A DNA stretch of 64,000 nucleotides, from NCBI RefSeq assembly GCF_009914755.1, contig NC_060928.1. One strand, written 5' to 3'. The notes under the pieces are model-generated. The model was not told the DNA's origin. It ran no database searches and saw nothing but the letters and a program-made list of their open reading frames with translations. Source of the stretch: the human T2T-CHM13v2.0 reference genome, Homo sapiens. Below are positions 53,298-64,000 of the stretch, piece after piece (the stretch's first letter is position 1; each line of letters opens with the position of its first letter). The position numbers and the translations under genes are program-made.

Positions 53298-55189
53298 GTA
53301 TTCTTCTATCAGGGTTTACTACTAATTATTTCCTACACTTCATATATCACCTGTAAGTTCAGAATTAGTTGAGAATTAAACCAGTAGAGTAAAAGACAAG
53401 GATATCAAAATATTAGTATTAATACCAACTAAGACTGGTTGGAAATTGTGGATTAGATATAGGTCACAGTTAAATATTATTGTAATATTCATTAATAATT
53501 AAATGACTGAACATAGGAAATCCAACCAAAAGAGATTTTGCATCTACAGAGAAGATGTACTCAACCTAGAATTATTTTTGCCCTTTTTTTTATTCCTATT
53601 ACCAAGGGCAGGGAGAAAAAAAATGAGCTTCTTGTCTCACCCCCAGAAAGATATAGAATTTGAGCTACCAATCTAATGAAAGCAGTACGATAATATAAAT
53701 GATCATGGAGTGTAAACTTACCAATACAAATGTTGGGCCAGACGCGACCAACTTTACAAGAAAAAAAAAAAAAGTGGTTTCCTCTACACCAGAGAAGACA
53801 GAATCAGCTAAGGCCAAATTTAGCCTGGCCAAGGCCAGTGAACCTAATTGCCAAAGATCTGTGTGAGTCATAAGATGAGAAGTTATACAAAAAGTAATAA
53901 GTCAGCTTTAGTAGTGTTAGTGGAGGATAAACTGTTTTCTTTGTAAACTCACAGTGACTAGTATCCCAGTAAAGGTGTTCAGCACATTTTTTTACTCTTA
54001 GTGGCAAGGTCAGAGATCATTGTCCTGTTGAAAGAAAAGTTTTATACCACTATGGAAACAAGAACATTCTTGGAAGATGATTAAAATGATACATGTCTGA
54101 AATTAGGAATCCATTGACAAGAATGTTAACAGTAAATCCAAAAATATAAGTGTAGCTTTAAGAGAGTTTAAAAAAGAAAAATAAATAAACCAAACATAAA
54201 CCATATTAATCTTTCAAATTTGAAATAAAAACATTTTCATATCCACCTAGAACATCCTTCAGACAGTATCTTCAAAATAACATTCCCTAAGATTAATCAC
54301 TTTTAATTGCTTATTTCCTAGGAAGTTTTTCCAGATAATTAAGTTGCCAAATTTCTCAGGATTTTTAGGTTTCCAGAAATTGTACTTAGTACAATAAAAA
54401 AGGAAATTTCAGGAACTTGAACTTTAGGACTGTGGAGATAATTTAAAAATCTAAGGAAGGGGAGAATGAGTGTTGCTCTGAAAATTTTTTGGACATAAAT
54501 GAATAATTATTAGACAAAGAACAAGGATCAATTATGTCACATTCATCTAGTGACTGTCAATCTGCATTAAGAAGGTCTCCAGTGTAGTTTGTTGTCTTGA
54601 ATGTTGATTCAGCATTTATATGTAATCTTGATCCTGAATCAATTCTGATAAAGCAGAATTGATTTTGGATTTGCCCTTATATAAAAGAAACATGAGATTA
54701 GTGTTGGTGAAAAATCCTGCTTTTCAGCATGTCATCCTGAGCTTGAAGCAGGTCTCTTTTCAAAACTATGCCAAATCTTAGCACAGTGGATTTTTAACTT
54801 ATAAGGTCTTATTTTAATTAAAGTTGAAAAAGAGCTTTCTCTTTTTAGATTTCCTTGTCTGATTGATTGTTCATTGTGTAACTACCACATAGAATTAGTT
54901 ATGAAATTTTTCAGGCAATGATTGAATTCATTTCACCCTTTCTTACCTTCTAACTCTAATGTATAAATTCTTTATTGAAGATTAAGACTATGGAAATGTA
55001 CATTTATCTAGTAGCTAAATAAAGTGTGCATGCAGTTCTACCACCTCCTAAGTACTCACCTTGGTGAACTCAACTTGTCTCATGTTAAGAGCCATCTGTT
55101 AACCCCCTATCACTAAAGGAAACCTCAAAATATTTCATAGTCATATCTTTGGAAATAGCTTGAATGTATATCCTTTTAAAACTCCTGTT

Positions 55190-56750
55190 ATTATTTCAGA
55201 CTTACCACAATCAAGTTTAAGAATGCAAAATAACGAAAACTATATGCTCCTATCAGAGTCATATGTTAACAAACCAAGAGAATAAATAGAACAAAAATAG
55301 AGATTTATACTTGTAAAATTAATACATAATAATATATCTAAAAGTGTGTGTTAAAGATGGACTTTTATCTATGGTAAAACATTTAACTGAAACTTGTGAA
55401 AAAAAGTAAAATTCATGCCTCATGCATTATACCAAAATTCTAGATAAACTACTTCTTACCTTAGAAAAGAAGGATAAGCTATTATATAAAAATATCAGCA
55501 AAATATTTTTTATTTAGGAGGAAGAATAACTTCTTCATTTTGAAAATAGAAGTTGAAAACAAAAACTAGTATAACATGTGAACGTACACCAAACAAAATT
55601 TAAAAATCAAAAAAAATAAATCTATAAAGTCTATTTAAAAATTAAAAATCAATGCCTGGTAACAAAATTTATGAAGTTAAAAGGAAATGATAAATTTAAA
55701 AAATTGACGTTTAATAACAACAATGAATGACCTCAATTTAAATGCAGAATTCATAAACTTACAAAAAAGAATAAATGCACTAATTATAAATTGGAAAAAC
55801 AAGCTAAACAGAAGATTAATTTGAGAAATAAAAGCTGCAGAAAAATGTGTTGAGCTTTAATTATAGGACAAGGACTATGCTAATGGCTTAACGTGAATTG
55901 TTTTACACTGTCCTCAGAAAAACTCTATCATTGCTACTAGTGTATCATTATTAGCATTATTGACATCACTAATTCTCATAATTATATAATTCATAAAAAT
56001 GCAGGTAGGCAATATATTTTGTTCCTAACAAAGTAATTAAAAAGTTACAAATATTTTTAAATAAGTAAGTGTTTTTTTCATGTATCTGATTGATAAAACA
56101 CAAAAATTATCCAAACTTCATTTTGAGGTAAACTTACACATGAGGAAAGCATTCCTTCATTTTCATTGTTTCTGATTGTATATAAACTTTCTAGAGTCTC
56201 ATTTGAGTGAGTAGAAAAAGATGGGCTGGGAATTTGCATATTACAACCATAAAATATTTATCAAAATAAGAGAATCTTTGCAGACAAAGAGTACTCCTAA
56301 AAAAATAGAGTTGAAATATTTACATATTATAACATGAAAAATTTGAGACTTGAGATATCCTCCTCTTAGTAGCATTTTCCCTGAATTTACCAAGCGTATC
56401 ATTGTCTATACAGAGAATATTTATCGATTAAAAGATTATCATCTACAAAAAGGCAATTAGTCTAAAATGAAAGCTTAAATAATATTGTCACCAATTATAT
56501 TTTTTAAAAACTAGGCTATATAATAGACTAAGTATATATATAAAACAATAATAATTAGAACCTATTTTTTAAATTATTTTCAGAAAAAGACTCAAGGTAT
56601 AGTATTAGACACATTTAAGTGTAAGAAAATGATTAAAGTATATGACTATGTGCTAAGAATAGTTACATTGCTTTTATTTTTTGATAATCATAAAATAAAC
56701 ATGAAGGTTATAAATTTTGCTTTCATGTGAATTTGTAATTTTTTACAAAA
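55190..56750 (+). mobile_element. Highly decayed L1ME-like remnants
   Basis: A-rich strand with L1 ORF2-like patches (ttcagacttaccacaa; aaattcatgcctcatgcattataccaaaatt). Weak. Confidence 0.4.
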
Positions 56751-58359
56751 TATTTTTTGAAAATTATTTTTGAATAAAATATTTTATGAGTACATCAAAA
56801 TAATAAAACAATCATTGATAATTATAATATATATTTTTAAGTATAATATTTATTATTTTTAATTTTTCCTTTTGCTATCAAACCTACTCTGTTTTGGGTG
56901 ATTAATTATGCAGTATATCATTTCACCCACTAAAAGCGATATTTTTCTGTCCATCTGGGATGAAGTTCAAGGTTGATGTATGCAATATGACATAAAAGGC
57001 ACAGAATCAACATTTATAAAATTATATAAATAACTGTGATAGTTCTTTTACTATTGTGTTTAACAACATGTTTGTATGTATACTAGTTTTTGGATAGTAT
57101 ATGTTAAAAATGTTTTATTCTTCTTGAGTCACGCTGTTCTAAGAAAGCAACAAAAGTCGGTTGGCCAAAACAAAACATTTATTATACAGACATAGATAAT
57201 TACAATATATCATCCCAGAATTATATTGATGTCAGCTATGCTCTACAACAATAGCAATTTGCATCTGTAGGACATTTAAGTGGTTTAAACATTTTATCTA
57301 CACACTCCTTGATTTGGCCTTCCAACTCTGCAGGAGAGAGAGCACATTTGACTCATCTTTAGTAAATTGAGATGGAGTTTAAACTAATTGCTCAATGTGA
57401 GCCTTGAGTTGGATTTAGCTTAGGTCTTCTTTTTTCAAATTAATTGGCTCTATCTTTACAACACATACTTTCTCACTGTTTCCTAACAGTTAAATAGAGG
57501 AAGTTTTCAAAATTTCTAACACCAAAGTTACAGTTTTTGTACTTGTGATTGAAGGTTTTATCATGTGGGCCATAATTTCTCATTAAAACATGGATGAATA
57601 AAAACTATAATTAAGATCTATTTTTCTTCTTTCCTGAGGTTCTCTAAGTATTTTCTTTTATCGATATATGTACAGCTACTTAAGACACTCATAACAGTGC
57701 AGTCTTTTGAGAATTCTGTCATTGAAATTGACATAAGAAAAAATGTTTTTAAGTTTGATATTTATAATATAATTTATTTGATGATACTACCATTCTATGT
57801 AAAAATAAATTAATGAATGGCACAACTATTCTTATTGAGACTAGGTGTTCTTTCCTTCATTCATCCTTTGTCCACCTTTGGAGTACTTTTGACTTCTACC
57901 TACAGGGTCAGCCCAGTCATGGTCTGTGTGACCAAAGTGATCACCAGCAGAAGGGATTTAGTAATGCCCAATATTCAGGAACTTGATTTTAAAATAATAT
58001 TTGAACATAACATATCCCTGCTTATACTTTGTCTTGAACTTTGTGACTTAGGTCTGATTATTTGGTTTTTACTTCACTTGTCTGTTTTGAAGCTAGCCAT
58101 TTTTGTATTTGATACTTTTTCCCTTTGTAACCTGTCCAATTTTTCAAGATCCCTTGATTTTTAAATTCAGCTAGGGGGTTTCATTTTAGTCCTGATATTA
58201 ATATCTTCTGATTAAGAAAAAAGCCATTATGTTCTGGTGTGAAGTATGTATAATATAAAACATTCAAATAATAAATATAGTGGCATAAGTTTACATTTCA
58301 ATGATGACAGAAGCAGAAATTGTTCATTATTTAACTCGTTCTCTGTCTTTAATTTTAAT

Positions 58360-58562
58360 AGTAACATGCCAGGTACTGTTCTACGTGCCTCACACGAAAT
58401 AGATATTTTAGTATTTATAATAACCCTACAAGGTAAGTGCTAATGTTCTGAATTTACAGAAAAGAAAAGGGTGGCATAAAAGGTTAAGTAAATCAACAAT
58501 GTTATATTTCTAATAAATTGCAGGGCTGGGATTCAGAGCCAAGCAGTCTGACTCTGGAATCA
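58360..58562 (-). mobile_element. MIR
   Basis: atgccaggtactgttcta...aaccctacaaggtaagtg...ggttaagtaa...gctgggattcagagccaagcagtctgactct. Confidence 0.75.
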
Positions 58563-59131
58563 ATGAATCTCTTAATTCCTATTCTGTATATGTTCTACCT
58601 GACAGCAACTACTTCTCTTCTCTGTGAAGTGTTTCCTATCAAATAAGGATCAAAATCAGTACTCATTACCATGGAATCAAGTTGTGTCTGCAGATTTTCT
58701 ATAGGTCACCCTACTTCTCAATCAGAAGATTGTTAAACAAATTATTAATTTATTAACTTGTATCTTTTCCAAACTGGAACCCACGATTAATCAGTTCTAC
58801 TTTTTTGACACTGCTGAATTTGTATTTATCATATAATCTTTCTTTCTTAAATGTCACACTGCTTTCAATAGGACCTAAATTAGATACAGCAAACCATTTG
58901 ACAACTAAATTAAAACTAATCTATGCATGTATTCTTATTCAGCCTTAAGTATAAAATATGACTCTCTTTTATTGCTGTGTCTTGATAACTGTGTTTTATA
59001 AATGTATGGGTGCATTCTGTCCTGCTTTATATTGAGCAAGTTTTGTAACTTTGTAAATTAAGACTACCTTGAATGATGAGTTATAAACCCTGGTGAAATC
59101 TACACCATGCACACAGAAGCAAGCAACAGTC

Positions 59132-59182
59132 TTTCTATAGCATATATATATAATTTCTATAGCATATATAACATTTCTATAG
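59132..59182. repeat. Short tandem repeat, ~21-bp unit (tttctatagcatatata..) x2.5
   Basis: tttctatag occurs three times at 20-22 bp spacing. Confidence 0.85.
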
Positions 59183-59939
59183 TGATCTGTAATTACTCGT
59201 TATGACCTCTTCATTAACCCACACGATTTCAGTGGAGAGTATTATGTTATTTGACATTCCCAGTCAATTTTAAGAGTCAATCTCCTTTTTTCCCTTTGAT
59301 AGAACACTCTATAAAATGTATTAGAAAGTTAACTGAACATAATTTTATCTTTCTTTGAATAACTAAGAGTCAACAATAGTAATTTCTAGTATTATCACTT
59401 GATGTTATGCTGTAATGTCTTCAGAAGATATCAAGTGATTGTGGGCTTAGATTTTCATTTCATTCAAAGTTTTAGGGCATCTGAGGCTCTGTAACAGAGG
59501 CTTCTTTTCTGGATTCATTTAGATCTCTTGTCTTCACTGACATCTCTCATCATTGCAGCTTAGTCAGCTGATCAAGAACCTCAGCTGTTGTAATCTGTAA
59601 TTACCTCTACTTTTTATTTTTTCTTATTTTACTTTTCACTCAATTTTCTATTCCTTTCATTACCAACTTTGAATTTTATGGAAAAAAAATGAGTTTGTAC
59701 TGCTAACTCAACAATGAATGAAGTAGAAATGATGAGTAGGTTGTGAAGTCTCAGTTCTGTGTGCTCTATAAAATCACAAAGTCTGTGATTTTATAATTCC
59801 TTGCCACTTATAACTTCTCATCTCTCTCGCTTTTCTCACCTTACTACAGACAACATTTAACCCAAGTGATTACTGCCTTAATTTGGAAACTATTGTTCAT
59901 GCATCCATGACTCCAAACCATTAGTTTTGCCAAGTATTG

Positions 59940-60180
59940 AGAGAGCACAGTGTAATGGCTTGATCCATAAGCTCTGAAGCAATGATCCTAGCATTTGAAA
60001 CTAAAGTTTTCCACTCATTGTGTGATTTCAGAAAAAATTTTTTCCTCTCAGTTTCCAAATCTGTAAACTGAAGATAACGATGAGGATGATGTTAGCTAAC
60101 TTACGTTGATGCTTGATTAAATAAGTTAAACATGATAATGACTTAGAACAATGACTAGCACAGTAAGGACTATGTAAACA
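59940..60180 (+). mobile_element. MIR (MIRb-like)
   Basis: gcacagtgtaatgg...gctctgaagc...ctcagtttccaaatctgtaaactgaagataa...cttagaacaatgactagcacagtaag. Confidence 0.75.
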
Positions 60181-60399
60181 CTAGTATTGACAGTTTCATA
60201 CTCATTCCTCATCTTGTCTGTTTGCTATTTAAATTTTTATAGTGTTACAGTGTTATATTGAATGACATTTTTCTGTAACTGTACACTTTCCCTAGGGGAC
60301 ATCATTAATCCATGATTTTAAATACCATTTATGTGCTTGCAACTCACAATGTTTTTTCTTTTACGATTTTATACCACAGTTCATGGGAGATTATCATCT

Positions 60400-61015
60400 T
60401 TGGTCTGTTCAAGGATTCTCCTCTTTGTTCACCTCATTCTCATTCCCAACAATAGGCAGTAATTCAATTATATTTAATGTGCAATTTGTGTATTTTACAA
60501 AATGTTTTATGTACATGTACCTCTAACTACATTTTATTGTGATACACATTTCATATCTCATTGTTTCTTACTTATTTTCTTTTCTTCCTACTAAATAGTA
60601 CATTTAAGACCTATACTTATTTCTATGAATACATCTAGTTTGTGGCTTCTAATGGCTTCAATGTATGTATCTACCACTCGCATCCACCACATTACCTATG
60701 TTCTCTTTCAGTGATGAACAACAATGTCATCTACAACTCATGAACTGCCTGGATAAAGCTGCAATGAATATATGCATATATGTCTCTTTGTGGATGACTG
60801 AAGTAATTTATTTGGGATATTTAAGAAAGGAATTGCTAAGACTTGCTCCCAAATATGCCTCTACCATTTGCATTCTCAGCAGCAAAACACATTATAGACA
60901 GCATCTGGCAATCTCCAACTTTTCAGGTTTTGCCAGTCTAATAGACATAAAGTTTACTCTTAATTCACATCTTCTGGTTGCCAAAGATCTTGAGAATCTC
61001 TGCATGTGCTTCTGT
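60400..61015 (-). mobile_element. Old L1ME fragment
   Basis: ataaagctgcaatgaatatatgcatatatgtctctttgtgga...ggaattgct...ttgcattctcagcagca...ttttgccagtctaataga. Confidence 0.6.
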
Positions 61016-61874
61016 CTTCATTTAAGGTATAATAAAAGTGTTAAAAATATAGAAACATTCCAGAAAAGGAAAACTCTTCAGCATAATGAATGATTTGAAA
61101 TTTGGCACAAAACATTTAATGAACTTTAGATATATCAATGGAATATTATTTATAAACAATCATGAAAGTCGCTAGAATTACTCAAACCCAAGAACCCATA
61201 AACGCAGGTCCCAGTTACCAGTGAGAAAATATAACTAATTTCAAAGAAGATGGATACATGTCTACACACCATCTGCAACTTAATTTTTATTATTCTTCCT
61301 CCTGTACAGTTCAATAGTGCAGGTCTACAAGCATATATTCTATATAACCCAACAGTTAGACATTTCTAACTTCTAATATAAAACACAATTCATTTCCCAG
61401 TAACTTTTTATACTCCTGTCAGCAGCAAAAAAAGAGAACACCCTAAACACTGTTTATCTTCAAACAGAAACATTTCATGAATTATTGGGAAAAGAAAAAT
61501 AATTTTAAAACTGTGATCCAAAAGAAACTACATGTTTAAAGTAGTCATGTAAATGCAAATGAACAGGCAAATAAAATATAATGCTAGTTTCATAAATTCG
61601 TTTTTCTTCCCTTACCACCCACTCTGCACTAATTCTTATTTTCTCCCCAGTTTTAGTTTTCAGATCTTTGAAAGAGCTCCCATGCTGGGGCATGAAGCTT
61701 AGCAATAAAAGAGAAACATGAAATAAAATTTGTCTTAGCTTTCAATTCAGACTCAAATGTAAAAACAAATCAATTTTTTTCCTAAAATGTATTATCTTTA
61801 TAAATTTATAATACATTCAGTGCTGTCTCAATTCCCAGAATAACCAAAAAGTATTCTTTTTACTGTCAATTTTA

Positions 61875-62200
61875 ACACCCCAGGTAATTTTATTAAAGCC
61901 TCGTGACTTTATATATTATCTGTATGCTGAATAATCTCAAATTTATATCTCTAGTCCCGGTTGGTTTCTAGGCCTTCAGACTCATAGATCCAACTGCTAA
62001 TTCCACATATTCACTTTCATCCATAACTTGCTTCCCAACTGTAAGACACAAAACAGAAATCTTGGTTTTCCTCCCTGAAACTCTGAACATCCTTTCTCTT
62101 TAACACTTCAAGAATCAGCACTATCCTCACCAATCTACTTGGGAAAAAAATTCTGGGAGTCATCTTTGACTTTTTTCTTTTCCTCACTCACTTCATTTTG
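61875..62200 (+). mobile_element. L2 (L2a-like) fragment; further L2/MIR bits at 60280-60350 and 62220-62900
   Basis: tgtatgctgaataatctcaaatttatatctctagtcc...cttcagactcatagatccaactgc...ctgggagtcatctttgac. Confidence 0.65.
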
Positions 62201-64000
62201 TTCTTAAGAGAGCTTACTTTCCAATGATGAAGGAAATGAGGGAGTGAGTCACACAAAGATTTGGGAAAGACATTCCAGGGAAAGAGAACAGAAAATTCAT
62301 AGGCAAAGATGTTTTTAAAATATTTTGCTTACCAATATTTAGTTCAGTGTCTGTCACATAGTATGCAAAAATTGTTGAGTGAGTGGGCTAGTCAATTTTT
62401 CTCAGACAAAATGATAAAATGTAGTTTTCTTAGCTTACTCAAAATTAAGACTAAAATGAATTTGGTGATTAATTTAGTTCTAGTTTAGTACCAAACCAGT
62501 GTTCTTTAGTTGTATATATTACCTAAATACATACAAACTTATTCATGATAAGAACTATTTGTCACTCATTTTACTCTACTCAGGAGAGACTATCTGCCTT
62601 TAACATACTAAGTGCTCAATAGATGTTTATTGAATAAAATAATTGGTCAATGAATTACACTTATGTTTACGTAACACTTTTGTATACAATCATACTTTTG
62701 TTTTAAATAGAGAAATCATTATAATCAATACAAAGAATCCTGAAATTGCAGAGCCAAAAAGTATTTAATGATTGTATTATTCAACATCTTCACTTTAGGA
62801 ATGAGAAAACAGTTTCATGGATCTCCTTTCTTTCTCAAGTTTTCATAGTTATTGTCAGACTAAGAAGAAAATTCAGGCTGCCTAATTTCTAGACAAAAGT
62901 TCATGTCAATATTTTGCCAAATATTAATTTTTTTCTAAAGTTCAAACAAAGATGTATGAATATTCAGGAATCTTTTCTAAATGTTGAAAAATAAAAATCA
63001 GTTGTAACAGGGAAGCTTCAGTGAGGGTGATTTGTTTGGAGCTGCTATGAGATGCTAATTGTCTTAAATTATTATTGCCTGTGTTCATTATATTGAAAAT
63101 GAATACAGGAGATAAAAATAAATAAAATTGAGCATCTGGGAGCATAATAATGAATGTTAGGCAGTTGAAAATAAGTGAGTGCTTCATTGACCAAACTGAT
63201 TCATTTTGATAGTGTATACTAAAAAATATGACAGTAACAATTAAAGAGCATGGTGTAACCAATATATAATAAAAGAATTAAATGTGGGCAAGCAGTTACA
63301 TAGTAGGATGTAGCTATATGAATTAATTATTGTATTTTACATTCATACTTCTAAGAATGTGAACAGAAAGATGTGCTAGAAGGGAACCATAATAGGGTAA
63401 TCTTCCTGTCAGCCTTCTACCTTGAAGTCTTTCCTTCTAAAACTGAATCTATTTTTTCTCAAAACAATGCTGTCAACACATATAGTATCATCCCTAGTAC
63501 TGAGAAAAAACAAGACGATTTCTTGTAATGCAAAAGTTAAAACAGACAGAAACCTATGACTGTCAAAATGGTGAAACTTAATCAGCATTTAGTGGGACTG
63601 TTAGCCATGGTGGTTCTGAATTTAAACCTGGAAAAATTAAGATGTAATAAATAATTATTTGCAAGTGGGGGTAACATTAAAGATACATTGACTTTTTTTT
63701 AATTTGCGTTTTTTCTGAAGGTGACATTTTTCCTGGTCAAACCAAGACTTGGGTCTGAGATTGGGATTATGGCATATTTAGATTATAACCATAAAAGTAT
63801 AAAATAAAAAGTTAATAATAGGTATGTTCTAATATTCTTTGCAATATTTTGCTTCACAGCAATATGGTTAAAAGACAAGTTTTGTAGAAAACAGTAGAGA
63901 GCAAGTGTTTTCTAAGTGCCTTTAAAGAAGAGTCAGGACAGAAAAACTCAAATAAAATATAAATAGCATTTATAATAATAAAGATAGATAGACGATAGAG

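Noticed and set aside
53720-53990. Possible enhancer with AP-1 site TGAGTCA (53864-53870)
   Set aside because: A single 7-mer is expected several times in 64 kb; there is no independent support.
57817-61093. 115-aa (57817-58164) and 142-aa (60665-61093) ORFs
   Set aside because: Low-complexity Leu/Phe-rich or antisense old-L1 frames with no recognisable protein features.

Overview
This is AT-rich, CpG-poor hominid (human or great-ape) non-coding DNA; the host is inferred from an SVA_D-type insertion, Alu S/J elements and L1PA elements. I find no credible protein-coding gene, tRNA, rRNA or CRISPR array, and the listed ORFs are L1/Tigger/LTR remnants or chance frames. Roughly half of the window is recognisable transposon debris: Tigger1; four Alus; a 5'-truncated SVA with a perfect 16-bp TSD; an L1PA3/4 3' end; a near full-length decayed L1PA13-like element inside HAL1; and an old L1 at ~46.3-53.0 kb carrying five nested insertions (MLT1A provirus, AluSg, MER50, MSTB, MLT2A). 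The structures least explained by known repeats are two long inverted repeats (17715-17933 and 25710-25803) that share an identical 12-mer, a perfect 55-bp tandem duplication, a patchwork templated-insertion scar, a tail-only retro-insertion, and several splice-site-bounded candidate small exons on the + strand. Subfamily names come from recall of consensus sequences, not from a RepeatMasker run, and many boundaries of old elements are approximate. I cannot support a claim of a new biological system from the sequence alone.
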